From IMG/VR virus record IMGVR_UViG_2711768076_000018: a stretch of DNA of 15,816 nt. One strand, written 5' to 3'. Made by a program: the position numbers and the translations under genes. Shown piece after piece: positions 8,355 to 14,742 of the stretch (position 1 is its first letter; each line of letters begins with the position of its first letter). This stretch comes from a virus (taxonomy: Duplodnaviria > Heunggongvirae > Uroviricota > Caudoviricetes). The notes under the pieces were generated by a model, which saw only the letters and a program-made list of their open reading frames with translations, did no database searches and was not told the DNA's origin.

Positions 8355-8392
8355 CCAGAATCACCGAACAACCTGGAACAACCACGAACAAA
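8355..8392 (-). promoter_or_regulatory. three 10-bp-phased TTGTTC repeats upstream of the capsid operon (candidate activator site)
   Basis: Plus-strand GAACAA at 8366, 8376 and 8386. On the minus strand this reads TTGTTCGTGGTTGTTCCAGGTTGTTCGG. The 18-mer TTGTTCGTGGTTGTTCCA is identical to 14651-14668. Confidence 0.5.
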
Positions 8393-8407
8393 TAATTTAC
8401 AAAACCT

Positions 8408-8440
8408 GAAAAAAGGCCCGGAAAAAATCCGGGCCTTTAT
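8408..8440 (-). terminator. intrinsic terminator after the replication/ProQ operon (bidirectional-capable)
   Basis: GGCCCGGA-loop-TCCGGGCC hairpin. The minus-strand RNA has a U6 tract after the stem. Lies just 3' of the 82-aa ORF and about 240 bp upstream of the capsid start. Confidence 0.7.
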
Positions 8441-8444
8441 CGCT

Positions 8445-8693
8445 TTATTGTTTCACTGGCTCCCGCATTCTGCGTCTTATTTTCCACAAATATTCGATCA
8501 TCGCTTCCACCTGCTCACGGTTGGTTGCGAAAATTTCCCCGGTCAGTGAGCTACGCAGAAAATCATGATGATCCACAAAAAATAACGCATCGGAAGAAAG
8601 CAACCGACGATATTTTTTTGCTGTCGTGGTTTCCAGATCATCAAAACCATGAAGCTTTTTATGTTGCTGAACTTCTTCAAATGTCACTGGCAT
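8445..8693 (-). CDS. hypothetical protein (82 aa)
   Basis: ATG at 8693 overlaps the end of the ProQ/FinO gene by 10 nt. No family recognised. Confidence 0.5.
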   Translation of the reverse strand: MPVTFEEVQQHKKLHGFDDLETTTAKKYRRLLSSDALFFVDHHDFLRSSLTGEIFATNREQVEAMIEYLWKIRRRMREPVKQ

Positions 8694-9214
8694 GTATCCC
8701 CCTTTGCTGCCCGGCGCTGGCGCTTGTGCTTCTCATTCAGCACCATCAGCCGTGTTTCTGCCTCCTGCTGTTCCTGTGGTGTCACTTCCCCACATGGCTG
8801 GCCTTTCAGGTCGTAACGTGCGCCACCAGCTATCAGGGCGCGGTAATAGCGCGGAGACTGCGCATAGGATGCCAGCGTCGCACGTAATACCCCCGGCCCG
8901 AATGCCAGCCCCCTGACGGCGATATCCTGCATCAGGTCGTCGAATATCCCCACCTTAAGCGGCTTCGGTGCTTTATGGCTGAATAAGTCAGGCCACATCT
9001 CAGTGAGGCGGTTAACGCGTCGGCGGTTTTTGCGCTGCCTTTTGGTCATATGCTGCCACGGTGTCGCCCCTGTGGGCTTCTGCTGTGCGTTCTGATTGCC
9101 GGGTATCACTTTATGCGCCGATGTGGTTTTATCCTGCTCTTGCGCCGCCTGCGTCGTTTTCTGCGGCGTGCCGTAAATGCCTTTCGGCTTCCGGTTAATG
9201 GTCAGCGTTGTCAT
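8684..9214 (-). CDS. ProQ/FinO-domain RNA-binding protein
   Basis: 176 aa. The segment PLKVGIFDDLMQDI ... LRATLASYAQSPRYYRALIAGGARYDLKGQPCGEVTPQEQ matches the ProQ N-terminal FinO-like domain from memory (PLKIGIFQDL ... [22 protein letters not shown]). Basic low-complexity N-terminus. ATG 9214 with GGGGAAGG SD. Confidence 0.75.
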   Translation of the reverse strand: MTTLTINRKPKGIYGTPQKTTQAAQEQDKTTSAHKVIPGNQNAQQKPTGATPWQHMTKRQRKNRRRVNRLTEMWPDLFSHKAPKPLKVGIFDDLMQDIAVRGLAFGPGVLRATLASYAQSPRYYRALIAGGARYDLKGQPCGEVTPQEQQEAETRLMVLNEKHKRQRRAAKGDTCQ

Positions 9215-9250
9215 GCCTTCCCCTGTAATTACTCTGTTCGCTGTTGTGAA

Positions 9251-9676
9251 TTAAAACGGTATGTTATCCCCGTACGGGTCATCGTGCTGGCTTGTCTGTT
9301 GTTTTGCCCTGTTCAGTGCGTCAGTGGCCTGGCCCTGTTGACCTTTTTTGCCGCCCGGTCGCGCCGTTCGCGCACTGATTACGCTGTCTGCAATAACCTG
9401 CCAGCCCTGCCGCGTTTCCCCGTTCTGGCCTGTCCACTGGCTCACCTGCATGTTACCCGCCACGCTCACCAGTTCGCCTTTGTGGTGTTTTGCCAGTGCG
9501 TCGGCCTGTCTGCCAAACGCCAGGACAGATAACCACATCGTCGCCGTTCCGTCATCTGCCTGGCTGCACGGCAGGGGAACCGCCATACTCGCCATCGCCA
9601 TTTGTGTCCCTTTGCTGGTGGTCTTTAACTGCGGGTCAGCCACCAGCCGCCCGTAAGCCGCTATCTGTGCTGTCAT
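9251..9676 (-). CDS. ssb: single-stranded DNA-binding protein
   Basis: 141 aa with an OB-fold N-terminus (YGRLVADPQLKTTSKG ...), a Gly/Gln-rich linker and an acidic tip DDPYGDNIPF (compare DDDIPF in E. coli SSB). ATG 9676 overlaps the upstream stop. Confidence 0.85.
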   Translation of the reverse strand: MTAQIAAYGRLVADPQLKTTSKGTQMAMASMAVPLPCSQADDGTATMWLSVLAFGRQADALAKHHKGELVSVAGNMQVSQWTGQNGETRQGWQVIADSVISARTARPGGKKGQQGQATDALNRAKQQTSQHDDPYGDNIPF

Positions 9677-9918
9677 GCTGTCTGCTCTCCGGTTTTAACG
9701 TTGATGGTTGTCACCTGTTCCGCTTCGGCAATCTCCCGTTCTGTCAGCGTGGCAAAGTTTGCCGCTGCCGTGGTCATGAATGCGCTTACCAGTTCGGGAT
9801 GTGCTTTTGCGTACCCTTCTCCCGCGTTGCGGTCGATGATTTTTATCGCCACCCTCAGCCAGTGTTCTGTCAAATCAAGGGCGTGAGATTGTGGTTTTTT
9901 TGCGTGCTTCGTTGTCAC
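9673..9918 (-). CDS. hypothetical protein (81 aa)
   Basis: GTG start at 9918 with GAGGT SD; stop overlaps the ssb start. First gene downstream of the ori. Confidence 0.45.
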   Translation of the reverse strand: MTTKHAKKPQSHALDLTEHWLRVAIKIIDRNAGEGYAKAHPELVSAFMTTAAANFATLTEREIAEAEQVTTINVKTGEQTA

Positions 9919-9963
9919 AGGCTTTACCTCACAGCAATAAAATAAAATTTTTGCATTTTAACC

Positions 9964-10192
9964 CTTCACCTGTTCACCTTTTGAGATTTTCCCTTTTTAT
10001 TCATAATGTTAAGGGGTGAACAGTTTCACAAAAACTATTCACCAACTGTTCACCACTGTTCACCCTTAAAGCTCAATAAATAATCAAAAAGGTGAACAGT
10101 GAATAGTTTGGTGAACAGTTCACAAATAACTGTTCACCCTATAATGTACTGATATAAAAGATATTTATAACAGGGTGAACAGTGGTGAACAG
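9964..10192. repeat. replication origin: iteron array of 9-bp GGTGAACAG / CTGTTCACC repeats flanking AT-rich DNA
   Basis: Perfect copies of GGTGAACAG at 10015, 10091, 10110, 10174 and 10184. Perfect inverse copies CTGTTCACC at 9970, 10046, 10056 and 10130. Degenerate copies at 10035 and 10099. AT-rich stretch at 10140-10170. The array abuts the primase stop at 10206. Confidence 0.75.
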
Positions 10193-10205
10193 TTATTCCA
10201 TAAGT

Positions 10206-12020
10206 TTAATTTTTGCTGTCGTCATTTGTGACCGATGCACATGATGGCATCCAGTCTTCTGAATCCTCTGTCAGTGTCACATTTGAACGCAAACCGTGCT
10301 TCGTTTTCCGTTTTATATACTCCCTGCCATATTCCGCCATTGCCCCCGGCATATCTTTACCGAAGCGCGTCAGTGTTACAGGTTTACCGAATCCGTGTGC
10401 CCTCATATATGCCAGATAGGCGTGATAAAGATACCTGCGCGGACTGAACGGAATAATTTCGGCATTACCCACTAACAGACCATCACACATTACCGACGAC
10501 ATGAGATAGCCACAGAAGTCCACCAGCGAATCGCCCTCGCGTTTTATCACCAGAGCTTCTTCTGATTTCTGCTGCTCATACAGCAGGCGTTTAGCTTCGT
10601 CCTGGTCAGAAAAACGAGTAAGCAGATGGCGAATCACAACCGCCAGCTCTCCTTCTATTTTTTCTGCCAGCATGGGGTCGCGCTCGTTCTCCGGTACAAC
10701 CTCCGAAAAATTGAATATCACCCGACGACGTGAGATCCCCCCGCTGCGGTCACTGAATGACATGGCGTTATTGTTCACCGCCAGCACGACCGCCTGAATG
10801 CGTGTTGAGTAGGGGGCTTTATGCTTCGGGTCGATTGCCACCTTGTCACCGCCTGTAATAGCCTTAATTCCTGCGCCATCACCAGCGTAGCGGGTCATAT
10901 CCGGCATGATAATCAGCGAAAAGCCAACCACTAACGCGCGTTCCCTTGCATCTTCCAGCGCCTTCATGCTTGCCGATACTGTGTTGGCCTTACCCGCCAG
11001 CATGGTGCAAATCTCCGCCATCACGCTTTTACCACTTCCCCCTGGACCTGTTACCTCAATGAATAACTGCCAGTCGTACCGGTTCGCCAGCACCATGAAT
11101 AATGCAGCCAGCACGCGATCCGTCTTGCGGTCATTCTCTGCCACCGAGCAGCGTAACCACTTCCAGAAATTCGGCGCATGTGTTGCCAGCGTTTCCCCCT
11201 CTGCTGGTGGGCTGAAAGGTAATTCACTGGCAATTAACAACCAGTCGTTTTTGTTATGCTCCCGAAAATTACCTGTTCTGGTATCAAATACCCCGTTACT
11301 GAATCCAATCAGGTTACGGGCTGTATTCCCCATTACAGGCAAACTTAACTTCATGGTATCGACCGCCGATTTAATGGCGTTCTGCGAATAGCTGATCTCC
11401 GCATCAATGAAAATCTGCGCCATAGCACGCTGTAACTCTTTATCCTGAATCGGCTCCCATACAACGCCGTTGTAATGGTGAACAGTGTCAGAGTCGGCAT
11501 GAATCGCCAGTTCACCGCCATAATGTGCCAGGAGAACTTCGCCGCGCTGGCTTGCTCCCATCTGGTTAAGCGCCAGTGGTGCGGCGCTGTCTTCTGTTTT
11601 TTTCTTAACAGGAAGCTGAATCACCAGACCATCAGAAAGATTCTGGCGCTCACGGGCCAGATATTCGCGCCAGTTCTGCACCTCCTGGCCGTGCATACCC
11701 TCAGGATAAAAATTTGCATCCTGTACGCCTGCCGCCGCCAGCTTCTGACCAATCGCCTTTATCATTACTGGCGCAAGATATCCGGCCCTGAATATGCGCA
11801 CGGATTTTCTGCCTTCCGGCACAATTTGCAGCTTATCCAGTTCGGATAACTGCTGCTCCCCAAGCCACACAGGAGGCTCATTATCTCCGGCCATACGCGC
11901 GTCATGTTCCTGCCATTGTTTTGCGTGTGACCAGGCATCACTACCCGCAAAAATAATGACTTCTGTTTCTTTGTGTTTTATGCCGCGTGACTGCTGTTTT
12001 ACGTTCGGTGCCAGTTTCAT
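10206..12020 (-). CDS. primase/helicase replication initiator (P4-alpha-like, Walker A NTPase C-terminal domain)
   Basis: 604 aa with Walker A GPGGSGKS in the C-terminal half, of a size typical for satellite or plasmid primase-helicases. ATG 12020 overlaps the upstream stop (ATGA). Confidence 0.85.
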   Translation of the reverse strand: MKLAPNVKQQSRGIKHKETEVIIFAGSDAWSHAKQWQEHDARMAGDNEPPVWLGEQQLSELDKLQIVPEGRKSVRIFRAGYLAPVMIKAIGQKLAAAGVQDANFYPEGMHGQEVQNWREYLARERQNLSDGLVIQLPVKKKTEDSAAPLALNQMGASQRGEVLLAHYGGELAIHADSDTVHHYNGVVWEPIQDKELQRAMAQIFIDAEISYSQNAIKSAVDTMKLSLPVMGNTARNLIGFSNGVFDTRTGNFREHNKNDWLLIASELPFSPPAEGETLATHAPNFWKWLRCSVAENDRKTDRVLAALFMVLANRYDWQLFIEVTGPGGSGKSVMAEICTMLAGKANTVSASMKALEDARERALVVGFSLIIMPDMTRYAGDGAGIKAITGGDKVAIDPKHKAPYSTRIQAVVLAVNNNAMSFSDRSGGISRRRVIFNFSEVVPENERDPMLAEKIEGELAVVIRHLLTRFSDQDEAKRLLYEQQKSEEALVIKREGDSLVDFCGYLMSSVMCDGLLVGNAEIIPFSPRRYLYHAYLAYMRAHGFGKPVTLTRFGKDMPGAMAEYGREYIKRKTKHGLRSNVTLTEDSEDWMPSCASVTNDDSKN

Positions 12021-12316
12021 TTTTTACCCCTGAATCCGTTAATCATGGTTTTCAGCTTCTGGATGTTTGCCCGTGCCCTGGCGTTGCTGGTGGACACGTT
12101 ATGCGGCGCGGTCTGTACCAGAGAAAAATCACGCCGGAACTGATAAACAGGCATCACGCAATCATATTCGTAACCTTCACGGCGGTAGGTTACGCGCCGT
12201 TCTTCCACGCCCTTAATCATTACCGTGCCGCCGTACTGGTCGCGGTAAATATCGCCGCGCGTAAATTTAGGGTGAGTGTTGCCACTGGCAGTTAAGCCAG
12301 AATATTTAAGTTTCAT
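12017..12316 (-). CDS. hypothetical protein (99 aa)
   Basis: ATG 12316; tightly packed in the operon immediately upstream of the primase. Confidence 0.5.
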   Translation of the reverse strand: MKLKYSGLTASGNTHPKFTRGDIYRDQYGGTVMIKGVEERRVTYRREGYEYDCVMPVYQFRRDFSLVQTAPHNVSTSNARARANIQKLKTMINGFRGKK

Positions 12317-12321
12317 TATTT

Positions 12322-12555
12322 TTATTCTCCGGTGTGCTGTTCTTTATATCTGTCGTGCAATAGATCTATTTCTTGCAGTTCCATTATTACAGGCTCAAGA
12401 AGCGTTATTAATGCCGTGGCAATTCTTGATTTTTGTTTGTCGCGTTCATTGTCGCCAAGTGTTTCAAGCCATATGCGCAATATTTCCAGCATGTTTTCAC
12501 TGTGAGAAAGTGCAAGAAATGCGCGGTCTATTGTTTCGTGGTAAATATCACGCAT
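12322..12555 (-). CDS. hypothetical protein (77 aa)
   Basis: ATG 12555 overlaps the upstream stop by 8 nt. Confidence 0.5.
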   Translation of the reverse strand: MRDIYHETIDRAFLALSHSENMLEILRIWLETLGDNERDKQKSRIATALITLLEPVIMELQEIDLLHDRYKEQHTGE

Positions 12556-13012
12556 GGCTTACATCCTCAGGAAATTTTCTTCTATAACGCGCCTCTGCCA
12601 CATATTCCGCATAATCGGCGGCGATATTCAGTACATCAAGCCCCGTTGATTTATATTCTCTCGTGGAAAGTAAGAAAAAAGCCGCTCTAATAAGCTCTGG
12701 CATTGACGAAAGCGCATCAGCCGCATCATCAGGAACGCCGGAAAATTCCTGTTTCAGGGAATTAAAACGATCATCACGCATAACCCCCCCATTTTCACAA
12801 TCAGCAATCAGGATGGCTTTAGCCTCATTCAGCGCCATATCCGCACTAAGTTGCATAACAGCCAGTGAGTGAGGAACGAAAGCCCCGGCATATTCTGTTT
12901 CGCTGGTGGCGCGCTTATGCGCCTTGTCTGCGATAACAGAAATATCAATCAGCGCGTGCATCAGCGTTTTGATGGCTTCGGCGGCTGCGTCCGGACGGGT
13001 GTTATTGCACAT
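12548..13012 (-). CDS. hypothetical protein (154 aa)
   Basis: ATG 13012 overlaps the upstream stop by 11 nt. Confidence 0.5.
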   Translation of the reverse strand: MCNNTRPDAAAEAIKTLMHALIDISVIADKAHKRATSETEYAGAFVPHSLAVMQLSADMALNEAKAILIADCENGGVMRDDRFNSLKQEFSGVPDDAADALSSMPELIRAAFFLLSTREYKSTGLDVLNIAADYAEYVAEARYRRKFPEDVSHA

Positions 13013-13208
13013 GGCGTACCCCCTGACGAATACGGGCAGCGAATACCATCACGCAGCCATCAGGAGATTGCTGACGCGCTTCCTGTTCGCTGGTGGCCTC
13101 AATGGTAATCACGCGCGGTTGTGCCGTGCTCAGGGCGATAAAACGCCAGATGTATTTATTCAGGTTGTACGAGTCCCGCCCTTGCGGGTGTCTGGTATAA
13201 TTTCTCAT
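13002..13208 (-). CDS. hypothetical small protein (68 aa), first gene of the leftward replication operon
   Basis: ATG 13208 with GAGG SD. This is the in-frame C-terminal part of a 374-aa ORF-track call that is itself implausible. Confidence 0.4.
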   Translation of the reverse strand: MRNYTRHPQGRDSYNLNKYIWRFIALSTAQPRVITIEATSEQEARQQSPDGCVMVFAARIRQGVRHVQ

Positions 13209-13407
13209 AGCTGCCTCGATACTTCTGCTATCGTTGGTGGTTAGAAGCCCGTTGGTGTTGGTAGCACCTGCGGGCTTTGTCTTTTCATCGATTACCTTAA
13301 TAAAGGTGTCAGCCACTATACTAGTGACAGGTGTCAGCCACGTCAATAGTGTTTTTCTATTTTCTTGTGTGTATACTGTCAGCCACCTAATAACAAGGAA
13401 ATCAGAT
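13209..13407. promoter_or_regulatory. divergent promoter/operator region with three TGTCAGCCAC repeats
   Basis: TGTCAGCCAC at 13307-13316, 13332-13341 and 13377-13386. The third copy overlaps a TATACT -10-like hexamer upstream of the plus-strand gene at 13408. On the minus strand the repeats read GTGGCTGACA and contain -35-like TGACA. Confidence 0.45.
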
Positions 13408-13587
13408 ATGGCAACGAAAGCAGTTAATGGAAAATCCAAAAAACTTGAGGCACGAGTACCCCATGCAATAGCTGACGCTGTAGAAAATTTAAAGGAAGAA
13501 GGCGAAAGCACTGGGCAATTTATCGTTTCGGCGCTTGAAGGTGAGATCAAACGCCGCCAGCGCCGAAAGGCCAAAGAGCAGGAATAA
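13408..13587 (+). CDS. small ribbon-helix-helix-like DNA-binding protein (59 aa), candidate regulator
   Basis: ATG 13408 with AAGGAA SD. The predicted strand-helix-helix pattern (KLEARVPHAIADAVENLKEEGESTGQFIVSALEGEI) and basic C-tail fit an RHH protein. It is one of only two plus-strand genes in the element and diverges from the replication operon. Confidence 0.55.
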   Translation: MATKAVNGKSKKLEARVPHAIADAVENLKEEGESTGQFIVSALEGEIKRRQRRKAKEQE

Positions 13588-13644
13588 CCATCACCAGCGC
13601 CGTGGTGTAAGGTATTACGGCGCATTGCTATGCAGGACAACACA

Positions 13645-13818
13645 ATGACCGATAAAGAATTGACCAAAACATTATCACCGACACGGAAAAGACGACGCAG
13701 AAAGATAGAGCATGAATCAGAAAGATTCGCGCCATGTGCTTTTGCCCTTGAGCAATTCCTTAAAGAGTACAGGGAAAAGCGCTCATTGCAGGTATGGCAA
13801 CGAACTGAACCAGACTGA
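13645..13818 (+). CDS. hypothetical small basic protein (57 aa)
   Basis: ATG 13645 preceded by AGGA at 7-nt spacing. Followed by a plus-strand terminator at 13885-13913. Confidence 0.35.
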   Translation: MTDKELTKTLSPTRKRRRRKIEHESERFAPCAFALEQFLKEYREKRSLQVWQRTEPD

Positions 13819-13884
13819 TTGCATTGCCCACCAGCCGCAAATGTGGCATTGTTGGTGATGCTTTTGTTTTCCCTTGTTCCCACT

Positions 13885-13913
13885 GGCGACCCTTTTGCGG
13901 TCGCCTTTGTTTT
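13885..13913 (+). terminator. intrinsic terminator for the plus-strand small-gene unit
   Basis: GGCGACC-cttttgc-GGTCGCC hairpin followed by TTTGTTTTGCTT. Confidence 0.65.
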
Positions 13914-13951
13914 GCTTGTTATCCGGCAATAGTGGCGCTTCACCACACGGT

Positions 13952-14038
13952 TGATATAATTCCCCTGCACTGATCCATTTTTTTCGCAGCAGGTTAATTG
14001 TTCAGAAAGGCGGTTCCTTATCGGGGCCGCTTTTTTTA
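13952..14038 (+). ncRNA. candidate small RNA (about 70 nt) from an extended -10 promoter to an intrinsic terminator
   Basis: TGaTATAAT at 13952-13960 is a consensus -10 with extended TG motif; the -35 is poor. Terminator hairpin GCGGTTCC-ttatc-GGGGCCGC plus T7 lies at 14010-14037. No ORF with an RBS lies between. Confidence 0.3.
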
Positions 14039-14150
14039 TGCCTGAAAATACCCGATAACATGGCTTTTTAGTTTCACCAGGACGAACGAAGCCCCGCCCC
14101 TGTTCGGGCGTATATCCAGTATTCATGGTTAGATCTCTGTGTTAGTGGAT

Positions 14151-14175
14151 GGCTGGCGGCGGTGCGCCGCCAGCC
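14151..14175 (-). other. perfect 11-bp GC-rich hairpin 3 nt downstream of the alpA stop
   Basis: GGCTGGCGGCG-gtg-CGCCGCCAGCC with no U-tract on either strand. Possibly a transcript-stabilising or Rho-related structure. Confidence 0.4.
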
Positions 14176-14178
14176 TGA

Positions 14179-14367
14179 TTAGTGAACTGCCTCGCGGCTG
14201 TCCTTCCATGCCAGAACTTCGGATAAAGACCAGCCAACGGAACGACCGCCGAGTTTACGCCGTGATGGGAATTGTCCGGTCTTCTCCAGGCGATACCGAC
14301 ATGAGCGGCTCAGGCCTGTAAGTTGCTGACATTCTTTTTCACGTATAAAGCGATCTGTGCTTAACAC
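14179..14367 (-). CDS. alpA: AlpA-family (Xis-like winged-helix) transcriptional regulator
   Basis: 62 aa with the AlpA signature: a helix-turn-helix around TGLSRS and a downstream GWSLSEV motif (compare VGW in CP4-57 AlpA). GTG start at 14367 with a strong AAAGGGGGAA SD. Sits immediately downstream of int. Confidence 0.8.
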   Translation of the reverse strand: MLSTDRFIREKECQQLTGLSRSCRYRLEKTGQFPSRRKLGGRSVGWSLSEVLAWKDSREAVH

Positions 14368-14410
14368 AATTCCCCCTTTGTTGTTTCTTAAAGAGTCATT
14401 GGGTGGATTA

Positions 14411-14458
14411 TTGGGTTGGGTTGTGTCTGATTGTGTCAGGATGATTCAGAGTTGGCAA
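14411..14458 (-). promoter_or_regulatory. candidate alpA promoter overlapped by 10-bp-phased TTGNGT repeats
   Basis: Minus-strand TTGCCA (plus 14453-14458), a 17-bp spacer, then CACAAT (plus 14430-14435). Plus-strand repeats TTGGGTTGGG / TTGTGTCTGA / TTGTGTCAGG at 14411-14440 have exact 10-bp phase. Confidence 0.3.
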
Positions 14459-14530
14459 ATGTTGAGGCCGTATGGTTTACAGAAAGAGGAACAATCAGGA
14501 TAAAATCATTTAAATTCATGTTAATACAAA

Positions 14531-14560
14531 GGCATAAAATCTCGTTTTATGCCTTTTTTC
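14531..14560 (-). terminator. intrinsic terminator between int and alpA (bidirectional-capable)
   Basis: GGCATAAAA-tctcg-TTTTATGCC hairpin, with TTTTTTC following on the plus strand and TTTGTATT on the minus strand. Confidence 0.6.
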
Positions 14561-14650
14561 TTACGCGTTAAAGCGTTATTCGCTAATGTATAAAAAACCA
14601 GTCACACAAATAAAATCAGTCACTTATAAACCTGTGTACTTTTTCGCCTC

Positions 14651-14700
14651 TTGTTCGTGGTTGTTCCACGTTGTTTCACATTGTTCGCCGTTGTATCTGT
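14651..14700 (+). promoter_or_regulatory. five tandem 10-bp-phased TTGTTC-type repeats just 3' of int
   Basis: TTGTTCGTGG TTGTTCCACG TTGTTTCACA TTGTTCGCCG TTGTATCTGT. The first 18 nt are identical to the array upstream of the capsid operon (8374-8391, opposite strand). Confidence 0.5.
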
Positions 14701-14742
14701 GTGCTTATCCAGTATGCGCATACTGAAAAAACACGAAAAAAA

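Noticed and set aside
9964-10192. Short repeats that could be mistaken for a CRISPR array
   Set aside because: The repeat unit is only 9 bp, occurs in both orientations with irregular spacing, and has no uniform spacers. It lies directly 3' of a primase gene, so it is an iteron origin.
1519-13096. Multiple Chi octamers (GCTGGTGG) across the element
   Set aside because: Chi is abundant throughout E. coli DNA, so the scattered copies are uninformative alone. Only the closely spaced pair in the non-coding junction region is noted within a finding.
13002-14126. 374-aa minus-strand ORF spanning the alpA-proximal intergenic region
   Set aside because: Low-complexity, Cys/Ser/Arg-rich translation with no protein-like character and a weak RBS. 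It runs antisense through two plus-strand terminators and the better-supported plus-strand small genes. Only its last 68 codons (13002-13208, with SD) are kept as a possible gene.
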